A stretch of 64,000 bases of DNA from Octopus sinensis (Eukaryota). Location of the stretch: contig NC_043009.1 of NCBI RefSeq assembly GCF_006345805.1, forward strand, positions 14,880,001-14,944,000, in the 5' to 3' direction. Within the stretch, counting starts at the first letter, position 1; every line of letters starts with the position of its first letter. Under the pieces are notes generated by a model. The model was not told where the DNA came from. It ran no database searches and saw nothing but the letters and a program-made list of their open reading frames with translations. A program made the position numbers and the translations under genes. This document shows, piece after piece, positions 1 to 13,500 of the stretch.

Positions 1-505
1 GAATTAAAAATTATATTCACTTGGTAAAACGAACACTACTTAAAAATTATGAATGAAACAATGCAATAAAACAACAGACATCGCAAATAGACACAAATTA
101 CTACGAATTCCTTTACAAACCTACCATATACATATATATATATACTTGCATATATATTCGGATAAATATTTGTATAAATAAATACATCTATAAAATAAAG
201 GTAAAAATAATTATTAAATAATTTATAAATTTAAAACCTGCTAACAATAAGAAATAATTACATCTAATATAGAAATATAACGTAACATAATGGAATCTAA
301 ATAAGCGTTATTATCAGATAATTTTCTCATAATATAATTTGAGATTAATCAATCTTTAGTATTATATTAATGAAATATTGACAATAAAAACATGATTCTA
401 ATCAATTTACAAGATAATAAAATAATAGTATACTTACATATACATACATACATACACACACATGTATATAAATTATGAATCTAAAACTAGATATATACAT
501 ATACA

Positions 506-542
<37 letters not shown>

Positions 543-560
543 GCATACATGCATGCGTCT

Positions 561-597
<37 letters not shown>

Positions 598-607
598 ACA
601 TATATAT

Positions 608-666
<59 letters not shown>

Positions 667-880
667 GGACGGTGAGCCGGCAGAATCGTTAGCACATCGG
701 GTGAAATGCTTAGTGGTATTTCGTCAACCGTTACATACTGAGTTCAAGTTCCCCGAGGTCTGCTTTGCCTTTCATCTTTTCTGGGTCGATTACCGGTTAC
801 GCACTGGGGTCGATGTAATCGACTTAACTCATTTGTCTGTCCTTGTTAGCCCACTGCATATTTAGCCCCCTGTGGTTAAC
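667..880 (+). mobile_element. tRNA-derived SINE, family A
   Basis: GGTGAGCCGGCAGAATCGTTAGCAC head, GAGTTCAAGTTCC B-box and GGGTCGAT body. Same family at 7891, 26477, 44724 and 59974. Confidence 0.85.
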
Positions 881-2899
881 ATATATATATTTAGCCTAGC
901 ACAAAAAATAGTCAATAGACTATATATTATTCACATAAAAATATTGTGTACATTAGAACACATTAAGAGGCCTCCAAATAGGAAAGCTTTGTGCTAGAAA
1001 GAGCAGTGGAAAATTCAAACCACTAATTATGGATAAATTCTCGAAAGGATTGAAAATTAAAATCGTTTACTATCTAATTTAGTTCCTAGACCATGGTTTC
1101 TAACTCATCCCAGCAAAAAAATATTCACTGAGGCTAGTGTCGTCAGTAGGAAGCCTTTAGATTTCAAATATACACACAACTAGATTCGCCTATAAACCAT
1201 TTGCCTGTACATCGTAATTTTTCAAAACAACTGCGTCGATGCAGTTTATTTCCGGCGACAGAGAGGATGCCGGTAAAAATTTCGACCAAATCTAGATTTG
1301 TTTTTATTTAGCTGTCTCTGTTTTTGTAGGCTTTTGGCAACAAATAAACTGAGTTGGTGGATTTCCCCTTCATTACATTTTTTAGTGATTTTGATGTACC
1401 GGTCAAAAATAGCGGAGTCTATTTCTAGCTAATGAAATGTTTGCCTCTGTCTCATTGTTAGTCTGCGGTGGGATAAATACCCTTTTCTTGATGGGTACGT
1501 TTGTGGGGTAGATCCTCATCATGTATGATTTGTTGTTGGGGTTATAGAAAACAGATTATAGGATGCAACTGGTGTTACTATCGTTATGGTTATTGTTGCT
1601 AGTGTTGCTGGCATTGTTGCCGCTGGCGGAGGTGCTAGTAGCGTTTATGCTGTGTTCATTGTTATTGTTGTTGTTTTGGTGGATTTTGTTTTTATTGTTG
1701 TGGTTAGTCTTGATGTTGGTGGCGGTGTGGATGATGTAGTTGCTATTGCTGTCTGTGTGTGCGGCGTTGCGGATATTTTTGTCATCGTTGTGACTATCAT
1801 CTCTATAGCTGTTGTTTTGGTTTCGTATATCTGTGTTGTCGTTGTTATAGTTGTTTGTATAAATTTCTTTTTTCTCACAAAAGATTCTTCTACAATAAAG
1901 GTGCGTCTTGTGCGAAAGTGCATCATATACCGAAATATACGTGAGATATTGTGTACCCTATGTATAAATATCAGGTACATAAAAGATGCAGTGGAACCTT
2001 AGGTGGGTTAGCAGAGAACTATAACCTGAAAAATGCTTGATATACTGGAATAGTTAGTTGTACAGGTATATGAGGATATGATGAATCACTGAAATGGCTC
2101 ATTATATGTGCAAGATAGTGTATACAACCTGAGTGATCTAATTAGTATTGGGGAAAGGTGTAGAGAAAGCAAGTTAGCTAGAACATGAAAGAGATATAAT
2201 ATGTTCAAAGAGGTATTGTCTTGTTAATGACAAGGGGTTTTGCCATAGATATAAAAGGTAAACTAAATGAAATAATTTGTGTAATACAGATACAGAATAA
2301 AAGTTGCAGAATTGAAATGAGGTATGTTAGATGTATGTGAACTGACATGAAATACTGAATACAAATTGAACTAAAAATGTTGTTGTTGTTATTGTCACAA
2401 TTGTTGGTGTCATTAACATTGTTATTGCTATCATTGTTTTTGTATTGTCCTAACCATCTTATTTTTAAGAACATTTATTTTTTTGTTCTTAATCTCAGTT
2501 AGACAATAAATTTTTCTGACACTCTTTTATGTAGCGAATGTCGGTGGTGACGCTAAGGCATGCATTTGATCCGTATCTAGCTGCACTGCACTGTATATTC
2601 CAGGAGTGTAAATATTGCTTTTTTTAATGGTGGTTGATTTTGTATTTTTTTTTCGGTGTACTGGCACCGAAATCCTGTGGTGGTTTACATTCCGATATGG
2701 CAATCCCGTCTGTGTTGATTCTTGCCAAGCTGAGATCGTTGTAGTTGCTGTTTTATCCACTTGAGTTTATTCTTAAAATGTTTGTTACAGGCATGGTTTA
2801 CGATGTGGTATCCTTGTTGGATGTTTGTTATGAAACTGTTTCTTTCGTGTGGTGTAGTGGTGCTTTCAGTTCATGCAGCAGGACCCTATCTCGCTTTCG

Positions 2900-3190
2900 G
2901 CACGTGGCTTCGGGGTTAGTGCATTGGATCGTATGATTGTGGTTTCACTTTCTAGGCCAAGCAATGCTCGTTTTCTCGAGCGAAACATTTTATTTCACAT
3001 TGCTCTAGTCCACGCAGCTGGCAACTAATAAGCTGCACCCGTATTTCAAAAGGGTCAACCTCGTCACATTTCCCATCACGCCGAATCTTCCTGTTTGCGC
3101 GTTTGTGTAATTCTCAGCATCTTACAAATTAACTTCACGAGCAGGCTGTTCCGTTGACAGGATAAACTGGAACACTCGCCGTTCTAACTT
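2900..3190 (+). mobile_element. Diverged tRNA-derived SINE (family C-like)
   Basis: Decayed A/B-box head (GGTTAGTGCATTGGATCGTATGATTGTGGTTTCACTTTC) followed by a CATTGCTCTAGTCCACGCAGCTGGC core. Confidence 0.45.
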
Positions 3191-4469
3191 TTATGAGATA
3201 TAAACCCATCCTCGTCAATTTTCAAGATAGTTTATCGCTAAGAGAATGAATTCCACAATGCCAATCCTTTCCGCAGGTCCAGGTGACCACAAATTTATAC
3301 GTCACCATTTTCAGCCAATATTTACTCAGTTTGGACATTACTAGCATTTCGGGCCGTGCTACATAACGTTGTATAACTTATTCCTCAAACAAGTCTGTTT
3401 AATTAAATTTTTGAATTGCTATTTTTTTCTCCTGTATGGTAATGATAATGAGAACAAAATTCCTTTGTTACCCTTTAGACTTTAATCTTTAAACTTTGGA
3501 GTAGTATTTCAAAGAAATTTTTATATTTATTGTCTATTATTTATGATTTCCACAATGTCACCACTCTTAAGTTCAAAAGATATGAAAGCTTTCTAGTCAT
3601 TTATCAAGTCGAAATCACGTTCACAATGAAAATTTGAAAGCTCACCGATGAGGGCATTTCTTTCTTCAAGTCAAAACAAAATACAGATAGCAGTTTTGGA
3701 AAAGTCAGTATACGAACGATTATTATGAATGGAGAACATAATCTCAACATATTGTCATGTTACACCAAATGAATCCATACACAACAATGAAATATGAATG
3801 GTGTCAAGACCTTTTCAATATCTACAATCGTGGGCTGCAGTATCTGCTTTTACTATTTTATCTTCATGGTGTTAAAGCGGTTCCTCGCTATCATTCTGTT
3901 TTAGCTGTTTCTGCTCTACAGCTTTTCCTTACTGTCACGCTATTTCAAAATAGCTATATTCTATACCTGCTAATGTCCTATCGAAAGACAAGCGCATGCT
4001 TGACATTGGAGTATATTAATCTTAGTTTACAAAGAATAATGTGAAACAAATATAATATTAAGGATGTTATTACTCTCGATACGAGAATGATTCTATATCT
4101 AATCCTTTCCAAAACATTACTCCTAACTTTTAATTATTATCCGACTGGGTTACAGACACAGCTGATGATTTGAACATCTGCGTTATTTTCGAGATTCTTT
4201 CATAATTTATCAATATACGAAACCTTCGCTAGATATACATGTGTGTGCGTATTTTTGTATTTGTGTCGGAATAAACACACACACAATAAACACACACACT
4301 CACAGAAGCATGCATACGAATATAGGTATATATACACATACACATATATATATATATATATATACAAATATATAGGTAACTCTCTCTCTCCCCTCTCTCT
4401 ATATATATAGAGAGAGAAAGAGAGAGAGGAATGTGAAATATATATCTATATACATAGTGGAAAGAAACT

Positions 4470-4960
4470 CGGCGACATGTGGTCCTCAAAGGAGAAATCC
4501 CCTTTAGGCAAGTGTTTGGGACCTTAACTCCTGACACTCGAAGGGGCCACATCTAAGTCATGACTCCCGGATGTCCACCTGCTTTCCATTTTAGTATGCC
4601 TTAGCTGGGATTGGTTTCTCTGGCTTCTAGCACTGCTGTGACGTGTGCTGCGACCCTGAGAAGTGCTAAGTAACCGTTTCAAGCTGCGAGCGCTCGGACG
4701 GCTCAGGTGTGAATGTTCTTTTCCCTCACGGTCCCAGCGGGATTCAAACCCGGATCGCCGGCTATAGAGGCGCAGGCCTACACGACTACGCCCAATGTGG
4801 CACTCGCTTGAATTGGGGCAAATTAAGCTTATGTAGTTGGCTTTTTTTCCTCCTAGACCAGATCCAACTTGAGGCCTTCTCTGCCGTTTCTCATACGGCC
4901 CTTAAGGCTCTAGCCTTGCTTCTGACACACATGGACAGCTGTTTCATGAGGCTGTTGGCA
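4470..4960 (-). mobile_element. 3' end of a HERO/NeSL-like RLE non-LTR retrotransposon with an embedded tRNA-like segment
   Basis: Minus frame ...KARALRAV*ETAEKASSWIWSRR resembles the AExASxWxWxxR C-terminus of HERO-type ORFs. A tRNA-like GGGTTTGAATCCCG segment lies at ~4735-4800. Confidence 0.55.
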
Positions 4961-4969
4961 TATATATAT

Positions 4970-5150
4970 ATAGTTGGAATTTACAGAAAACAAATTAAAC
5001 AAAAGACGTAGACGGGTGTGTAAACAACAAACAAATATATTAATTTAACTCCCGGCTAAGTGAGAAAGTATTTTACGTTTGGGCCTACGCTCTTCAACAT
5101 AAAAAAAAACACAGAAATAAAGAGAGAGAAATCATGATACACACACATAC
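4970..5150 (-). mobile_element. PLE-type short repeat with decayed hammerhead-like motif (family 2)
   Basis: Clearly similar to 25235-25400 (AAACAAAAGACG...ACGTTT.GGCCTACGCTCTTC). Confidence 0.5.
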
Positions 5151-5264
5151 ACACATATATACATTACATATGCCATAACGTCTGAAAATCTAACGGAGGC
5201 CTCAAGAAACATTTTAATATCCACAAAGATCAGAAAGCTCTTGGTGGTTCAAATCAGATATGCA

Positions 5265-5455
5265 CTGGGGTTGGTGCCACGTACAAAGCGCTTGGTACAT
5301 TCTGTAAAATGATTGGCGTTAGGATGGGCATCCAGCCGTAGAAACCAAGCGAAAATAGACTATAAAACTCGGTGTGGTCATTGGCCTTGCCATTTCCCGT
5401 CAAGCCATCCAATCCTTGCCAGCATGGAATTCGGACGTTAAATAATAATGATGAG
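5265..5455 (+). mobile_element. SINE 3' tail fragment
   Basis: GTGCCACGTA...GGCGTTAGGATGGGCATCCAGCCGTAGAAAC...GCCAGCATGGAA..CGGACGTTAAA followed by a (TAA/TGA) tail, as in RTE-type SINE tails. Confidence 0.6.
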
Positions 5456-7890
5456 GAGCAGGAGGGTGTCCCTGCTTTGCAAATGATGCTAAAGATGAAG
5501 AAACACACGGTTCAATTTTGTTTCAAAAGATTCATTTTTAACAGTCTTCTAAATATTGAACGAGATAATACACTTTTGTATTTCGCATCTTTTTCAAGAA
5601 TATATTTGTTTGAAAGACGAGGAGGAAAAGCTATTCACTTGTTTGAGATATGTAGGAGAGACAGCTGATTATCTTGAAATCTGGGAATTTGGTAGTTCGA
5701 CGACTTTTGATCATATGAACTGGTGTATTTGCAGATCTATTACCGGTATCTCTGCTGTGTGCAACAGAGAACAAAGTTGTCACCTGTGTTTTGTTGACGT
5801 CCAAAAATGGGGTCTACACAGTTCAAAATTAAGTTATGTATCGAAACCAAGAACTTCCAGAAGAAGCTAAAGAAGCATGCAAAGTAGAATAAGTGAAGAA
5901 TATCGGTCCAGAGTCACAAACTACGTGTGCTCTTTATTAATCTATCTAAACTGTCTTTCTCTAAGTGTGTGAGTGTGTGTGAATGTGTGTATGTGTGAGT
6001 GTGTGTGTGTGAATATGTGTGTCTGCGTGTGTGTGTATGTGTGAAAGTGCGTGTCACCACATGTGTGTGTCTGTGTTAGCTTATCACGCAATACTTGACT
6101 CGAACATGTAATCATGTGATACTATGCAAATGTCTTAGCAATATAGTAAAATCTGCGTCCGTACCATGCATATTTAGGTATCGTGAAATTCAGTAGCTTG
6201 TCTTGTCAACAATCACCACAACACAATCGTTCTATAGTATAAACCAAAATTATGTTATTTGGGATTTTATATTTAAATAGACGATAAAAATGTGTTGGCG
6301 ACCATGTTTATTTAAAAAATATTAATATTGCTAGTTAAATTGAATTGTAATTTCACAAATTTTCAACACATGAGGTATGATAATAAAACAACCAAATCGA
6401 TAGTTTTCAACTTTATGTTGCCCTTATGCTAGCAGGGAGTAAAAAGAAATAAACGACAAAATGTCTAACATTTTTTTCCAACTCCGAAGCATCTGACTCT
6501 ATTTACGAATATGTTTTCTGAAAATTTTTACATTTTTTTACGTATGTCATGATTTTCCATTGTCAAATAGTTACAGGTAATATAACAATTTTTTTATGAA
6601 ATAAAATAAAGATCATTTATTTCAGAACTTCAAGAGAAGAACCGTTAAATAGCAGTAGAAAGTCCAAAAAGCAATTCAAAAGAACATTAACATTTAAAAA
6701 CTCGGTTATTTTTTACTTTTCTTTCTACTTGATATGAAATCCTATTTATGAGACGAACTCTTCAAAACTGCGATGACACTTCATTCACTTCATAAGGAAT
6801 GTGAATATGTGAAACATACGAAATATAGCAAAGATTATGTCTATTAGTAAATATAATTCTCAACTGACCTGGTGTAGTATTTCATGTTTTTGATGTACCT
6901 GGTTACGGTTAAACAGCGATGCTAAGTATGGATGGAAATAAAATATTTATTAGACCCTTCAGAAATGATAACCAGATTTGAATTAAAATGGGAATTACAA
7001 AGATGAAGAGGATTATAACCAGAGTCTGTAATGTTTGGGGTGAAAGAGAAATTGTGGGAATAGAAAGGAATAGAATAGGGTGCGTGAAGTGGGATTCGTA
7101 TGTTCTTTGAGCTGTGAAAAACAATCTTCATAGGTGATTGGTTTATCTTTATTGGGAATATAAAATGTAAATCTGGTAAATCCAGGCGGATGTTTCATGT
7201 TAACTATGAACTGGGTATATTTATAGAGAGAATCGTCGTTGCGGATGGATGTAAGGTTTCAAGGAAGCGTAATAAAATGATTCTCATTTATTTAGAGGTG
7301 AATGCACAAAAGTGAAGGGGAAACTATTTCATGAGTTTGGCAACCTTGTGACAATATTCATAATGTGTTCTCTTGTAAGATAAGTATTCGATATCTGCAA
7401 AGTAACATACCAAAGATGTATTCTACGCTCAGATGGTCATAATGTACACTAACAGTATTTAAATGGTAAAAAAGAGAAAAAAACATTTCTAAATGTTAGC
7501 ATTTATTTTTGACAGGCCAACAGATTCTTACCAAGCAGCATTGAAATATTTTGGGGCTTTGAAGGAATTTAAAAAATGTAACTACATGTAGCTAAATGAA
7601 TTCTCTTGAAGTACGAGTTCATGCAAAGTAAAATTTCTCATGAGATTCAGTTTTACAAAATCTTCATGGAATAAGATGTAATAAAAATTTAGAAATAGCA
7701 AAATTTTCCGTATCTGCACCAACAACTTCTGTATTAAAGGAGTGGAGAGAGGAGATGTAAAATGCATGTTTCCATTGCAGGAGTCAAATAGTTGCTGGTA
7801 TTGCGAGGAGTTCTGAGAGCAACAGAGGGAAAAGATATAGAAGGGAAAATTAGTTAGTGAGAAGTTTAAGCCAATGCGACTGAAACTAGT

Positions 7891-8103
7891 TATTTCTTTA
7901 CTACCCAGAGAGGACAAACAAGGACAGACAAAAGGATTAAGGCGATTATATCGACCCCTGTACATAACTGGTACTTATTCAATCGACCCCGAAAGTATGA
8001 AAGGCAACGTCGACCTCGGCGGAATTTGAACTCAGAACGTAACGACAGACGAAATACCGCTAAGCATTTCACCCGGTGTGCTAACGACTCTGCCAGCTCG
8101 TCC
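7891..8103 (-). mobile_element. tRNA-derived SINE, family A
   Basis: Reverse complement of the 667-880 family, near full length. Confidence 0.85.
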
Positions 8104-8120
8104 CCTTATGCGACTGACAA

Positions 8121-8197
8121 CTGTAACTTCAGGTGAGTGGGCTCGAGAGTGCTGTTCTCAGCAGCACTCTCGAATCCACTCCCCTGAAGACGTGCAG
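8121..8197. other. GC-rich hairpin, 28-bp stem with 7-nt loop (pre-miRNA-like)
   Basis: 8127-8154 pairs with 8162-8189 (two mismatches, one G-U). CTGTA (8121) and TGCAG (8193) extend the base. Confidence 0.7.
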
Positions 8198-8726
8198 GTA
8201 CATAACTATTGTTGAATCAAGTTAAATCAATACTGTGCATTATAAATGAATCAGTTATTAATTACCAACTGATGTTAATGTTGTAATTTCAATTTAAGAT
8301 TGTTCATACTATTTTCCTATATTATAATACATATATTTTTGAATCGACTAAGCAAAATCAATAATACTAATGTATATATAACAAATATATATGCGCCCCA
8401 TATATATCCTTCCTTCACTTATGACAAATTTCTAACTAAATTGTTTTGCTTCTTCATGTATTTATACATCTTATATGTATATATATATCTATTGTTTTTG
8501 TATTGTTTTTACATTGTCAAGTCTAAAGTATATGTATCATTTTATCGTGTTACTTACATCATTGATTATCTGTGTATGTGCATGTATGTGTATATGTTAT
8601 GAGTATGTGTGTATTTGTAGCTATCTATATATGTGTCTATATATTTGTTGTGCAAGATTTTTTATGTGAAGTCGTATGTTGAAACATACAATTGTTGTAT
8701 TTTGGAATGATCATTTTGCCAGTTTA

Positions 8727-9695
8727 GTCACAGGAGTGTGACGAAAGAACTCTGGCCGAAATAAGATTAATATTAATTTTAAAAATAAATAACACTGAAG
8801 TAAAGTAACACCAAATAATAGTGTGTGTGCTTTTATTGGCTTATATTATAAATGAACATTGGAGAGAACTTAAGGAAGGAAAGAGCTCATCGATTCTGAG
8901 CAGGAACACAGGGGATCAATCAACAACATAGATGTTAAAATCTTGTCCACACATAGAACAGATGCAACAATCAGACAAATTACGGAAGCTACACACATAA
9001 TAGAAGATAAACCTAGCCAGAATAGGAAACTGGAATGGAACACTAGCACATACCACAACATGACAGAAGAGGATCCCCATAAACTGGTTACAATATAAAC
9101 AAAACCGAAAACATAATAAATAAAATTCACACACAAATAAACAAATAGTAATAAATAACTATATAGGTTTTTATTTAAAATTTAAAAGTTTGTTTTTTTT
9201 AAGTTTTAAATTTTAAAAAAATGTTTTAATTTATTTTTTTAATGTCTTATTATTATTATTTTTGTTATTACTAGTATTGTTGTTATACATACATGCATAC
9301 AAGCATACGTAATAATGATAATAACGATAATAATAAGTGGATGTAAACATGAACAAAAAAATTACACGAACGTATATAAACAGAAGATATAAATATTACA
9401 GGCATTCTCCCCACACACACATACACACTAACTAAACATAGACGCACATAGAGATATACGCATGCGCAAATGAAGACACATACAATAGAAATACAAAATG
9501 GCAGACGGTTAGTAAGGAGAGACACAAATAAGAAAGAAGAAAACAAAGGACTACTGATGCGGTCACAGGAGTGTGACGAAAGAACTCTGGCTGAAATAAG
9601 ATTAAGATTAATGTAAAAAATAAATAATACTGAAGCAAAGTAACACCAAATATATAGTGCGTGTGTTTTTATTGGCTAAACTGTTAAAATGACCA
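8727..9695 (+). mobile_element. 5'-truncated Penelope-like element: partial pLTR, GIY-YIG C-terminus, pLTR
   Basis: Direct repeats at 8727-8860 and 9563-9695. Plus frame VKILSTHRTDATIRQITEATHIIEDKPSQNRKLEW matches the PLE endonuclease C-terminal pattern (IL...R.I.EA..I...P..NR..EW). Confidence 0.65.
9549..9593 (+). ncRNA. Variant hammerhead ribozyme motif in pLTR
   Basis: CTGATGC-G-GTCAC-aggagt-GTGAC-GAAA-G-aa-CTC-TGG: core with A9 to C, 5-bp stem II, 2-bp stem III, CUC triplet. Confidence 0.45.
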
Positions 9696-9719
9696 TTCCG
9701 AAATACCACAATATATATG

Positions 9720-9725
9720 TGTCCT

Positions 9726-9824
<99 letters not shown>

Positions 9825-9840
9825 ATCTCTATATATATAT
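9720..9840. repeat. (TATC)n microsatellite
   Basis: Direct reading of the sequence. Confidence 0.95.
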
Positions 9841-10139
9841 GTATGTGTACACATATGTATATATACGTATTTGTGTGTGTGTGACAGTATATTTATGTAG
9901 ATGCATGAATATGTGCATGTGCATGCAGATATATATGCTCATGTGCATATATATATATATATATATATATACTTGCATACATATATGTGCATGCGTGTAT
10001 ATATCCACATGTGCATATATACATATATATGCATACATACTGTTGCTGCAACTAAATATTAATATATATATGTATATATTATTACTTATAATAATTTTTC
10101 AATTATTATGTAACGAGATTAATAAAAGGGTTTAATATA

Positions 10140-10740
10140 ATAGATAAATAGGTATTTGGTTCGTGTTTCTGTAATTTTTAGTTTTTGACAATCCAGCGAA
10201 GTTGTATATGATGTTGAATGTAATAGTTATTCTGTTATTATATAAGGTTAGTTCCTGTAGAAGCGATTATTATATTAATATATTAATTAATGCGACGTAA
10301 AGCATCTAAGTTTCTCTCAAGCATTACATTGAATAATTACGTGTCGTTATTATTCTTTAGTAATCTATTAGCCATAACGTAGAATACTTGCGGGCTGTTT
10401 TTGTTCTTTAAATACCAGTGACGTCATCAACATTTGTATATAAATAAACTCCTTTTTTCGGTAAAGTTTTTGCATTTTTATTTTAGATTATTTATTGTAT
10501 GTAGATTTCAATGTGTCGTAAAAATTATGAAATTAGTATGGTATTTTTTATATTTTATTTTTATAAAGTAAATTAATTATTGAATGACATTCCCCCTGTT
10601 TGAATGAATGAATGTCTTAAGGGTTGGCGTTGCTCCTTGATAGCGTTTTTTTAATTGCTGCAATTTTTTCATACGTTCAGTTAGAATTCACCATTTGGAA
10701 TTAGCATGATAATGTTGAATTGGCATAAATTATCGTAGAT
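10140..10740 (-). mobile_element. Highly decayed Penelope-like RT fragment
   Basis: Frameshifted minus-strand pieces YTNVDDVTGI*RTKTARK and KNNNDT*LFNVM resemble the PLE RT motifs TNIS..DI.II.HARK and N..LFDVTMG. Confidence 0.35.
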
Positions 10741-10764
10741 ATTATTATTAATTTAAATAATATT

Positions 10765-10774
10765 ATGTATATAT

Positions 10775-10872
<98 letters not shown>

Positions 10873-10876
10873 AGAT

Positions 10877-10952
<76 letters not shown>

Positions 10953-10955
10953 TAC
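10765..10955. repeat. (TA)n + (TAGA)n microsatellite
   Basis: Direct reading of the sequence. Confidence 0.95.
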
Positions 10956-11342
10956 GTGTGTTTGGTGCGTGCATGTGTTTCTTTGTGCGTTTGTGTATGA
11001 ATCTAGAAATATATATATATATATTCTAAATCATAAAATTATAATCTTCTATTTATCAAATATCGAGGTTTCATTCGTTTGTTGCTATTTATTTTTCTTT
11101 TTTGAATAAAGATATGATATTCTCTGTACATATTGGTTTTTGTTAAATAGTCTGAATTTCTCAAAATTCTACTAAAGAATTGTCGGGTTCACCGTTCATA
11201 CATGAGGATGTTCCTGCGATTTGTATTCTACATACATTTACTGGTACCTACTTGTTGGAAGCTTAACCTTATTCCTTTATACTAAGCGCTTACTTCATAT
11301 CTGCCAGGATTTTTATATCTCATATTGTCTTGTATATATATA

Positions 11343-11393
<51 letters not shown>

Positions 11394-11879
11394 TGCGTAT
11401 GTGTGTGTGTGTGTGTGTGTACATATATTTGTATATATATGTACATGTGTCTATGTGTGCATATGAATCCGCGTGTGTGTATATCTTTCTCTTTCCTTTA
11501 CACCGTCTGTCTCTCCTGCTCCTTAATAATATCTTGCTATGACAGATTTCTGATGAATTTCTAATAGGAAATCCCTTATTATTTTTATGTAAAATGTGAA
11601 CCATTGTAATTGCTATTAGCGAATAAAACACATGTGACGGACAATAAATTTTACAAACAAAACATTCTACTTTACTAATTTGTTATACAATAATTCTGCA
11701 AATAATATTTCCATTATTCTCAATTTTAATGTGAATTTTGTCTAACATACAGCAGCAAATGTGGCCACATAACGATGATAACAATAATGGAAGAAGCATA
11801 TGTGCTTCAAGAGGAAACAGGTGAAATTTATCTTAACTACACACACAAACTCTCACACATACACAGGGACTTATAGTGA

Positions 11880-12060
11880 ATTCAAATAAACGAGTTTAAA
11901 AATATGAAAAAATCAACGAAAAAGAACATGATCGTTAGGAAGTGAACAAGAAATGTATTAGCCGGACGCTCGGTGAGAGGAAACAGTTTGACGTTTTGGG
12001 CATAGCTCTTCGTCGGAATAAACGAAGGAAAAGACCAAGATAGAAAAGAAATCACTTTTA
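11880..12060 (-). mobile_element. PLE-type short repeat with decayed hammerhead-like motif
   Basis: Minus strand CCGACGA-A-GAGC-TAT-GCCC-AAAA-CGTC at 11986-12017; related to the 4970 and 25235 copies. Confidence 0.4.
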
Positions 12061-12064
12061 GTTA

Positions 12065-12149
<85 letters not shown>

Positions 12150-12173
12150 TATATATAATATATATATATATGC

Positions 12174-12189
<16 letters not shown>

Positions 12190-12209
<20 letters not shown>

Positions 12210-12426
12210 CTATGTGAGGCTTATTGTTTAGGGTGTTGCACGCACGATCAAGCAATCGGGATTTCAATTACTACACCAAATGTAGCGTTGCGTTCTTGAG
12301 TGAAATACCTCACCTCACGTTGCTGTGAGTATGAATAAATCATTTTTAATGTTTTTTATTCCCCTGCCTGCCACTTGATGAGTTCGATATTTAAATATTG
12401 ATCTTATCCTTATTTATATAAATTTA

Positions 12427-12481
<55 letters not shown>

Positions 12482-12512
12482 TATATATATATATATATAC
12501 ATATATATATGC

Positions 12513-12548
<36 letters not shown>

Positions 12549-12780
12549 CTATGTGAGGCTTATTGTTTAGGGTGTTGCACGCACGATCAAGCAATCGGGA
12601 TTTCAATTACTACACCAAATGTAGCGTTGCGTTCTTGAGTGAAATACCTCACCTCACGTTGCTGTGAGTATGAATAAATCATTTTTAATGTTTTTTATTC
12701 CCCTGCCTGCCACTTGGTGAGTTCGATATTTAAATATTGATCTTATCCTTATTTATATAAATTTATATATATTATATATA

Positions 12781-12790
<10 letters not shown>
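12190..12790 (+). repeat. Recent tandem duplication, period 339 bp, containing a decayed SINE head
   Basis: TATGTGAGGCTTATTG at 12211 and 12550. The unique ~220 bp are identical except TTGATGA versus TTGGTGA. The ends lie in (TA)n/(TG)n. Confidence 0.9.
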
Positions 12791-12849
<59 letters not shown>

Positions 12850-13394
12850 CAGAGAGAGAAAGAGAGGGTGACAGATAGATAGATACATAGGTAGATAGAT
12901 AGATGGAGTGAGAGAGAGAGAGATTGCATATAGGTCATCTATAGTCAACAAGACCAGTTTCGAACCTCTAACTTTTTTAAACGACCTTCACCAAAAGTCA
13001 AGATAATCAACGAAACCTAAACAATGATGTAATATTGTTTGAAGAGAAAGAATAAAACAGTGGAGGAAAGACAGAAGCAACCACTACAGACTCCGGCATC
13101 CACATGTGGCCAATGCAATCTCCTGTAATACGCGTGGTTTGATCATTTTAGCCACATTCACCACCGGCGTTAATGATCCAAATATTCGTTCAGAAGAAAT
13201 CAAACAACGGATTCGACATCTGAGCCGGCGCCAACAACTACGATACTATATTTACACATATTTAAGCATTTGTATATGTGTATATACCCATGTTTATGTG
13301 TCTTCGTGTTTGATTTTGTCCCTCATCATCGCTTGATGAACGGTATGGGTTTGTTTATGTCAACATAGCTGAACGTTCGGCAAATGAGTTTCAT

Positions 13395-13500
13395 AGAATA
13401 AGAACCACGCTTAAAAATAAATAAGTACTGCATCCAGTTTGTTTGGATAAACTCTTTAAGGCAGTGCTCTAGCATGGCCGCTGTCTGGTAAATGAGACAA
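13395..13500 (+). mobile_element. SINE family B 3' fragment
   Basis: AGAATAAG...TAAGGCAGTGCTCTAGCATGGCCGC matches the tail of the 29382 copy. Confidence 0.6.

Noticed and set aside
1-420. Possible decayed PLE linker (also 31880-32480 and 6900-7400)
   Set aside because: Only one or two degenerate motifs in extremely AT-rich sequence.
462-695. YI/TH-rich ORFs, and the many similar ORFs throughout the track
   Set aside because: Translations of (TA)n, (CA)n, (TATC)n and trinucleotide microsatellites.
960-2002. Val-rich / Thr-rich ORFs 1586-2002 and a SPEINCIDAVV motif resembling LINE ORF1
   Set aside because: Low complexity; the similarity is too weak to call without a search.
3780-3905. FIFMVLKRFLAI resembling a GPCR TM3/DRY region
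   Set aside because: Short, flanked by stops, no other TM motifs or splice support.
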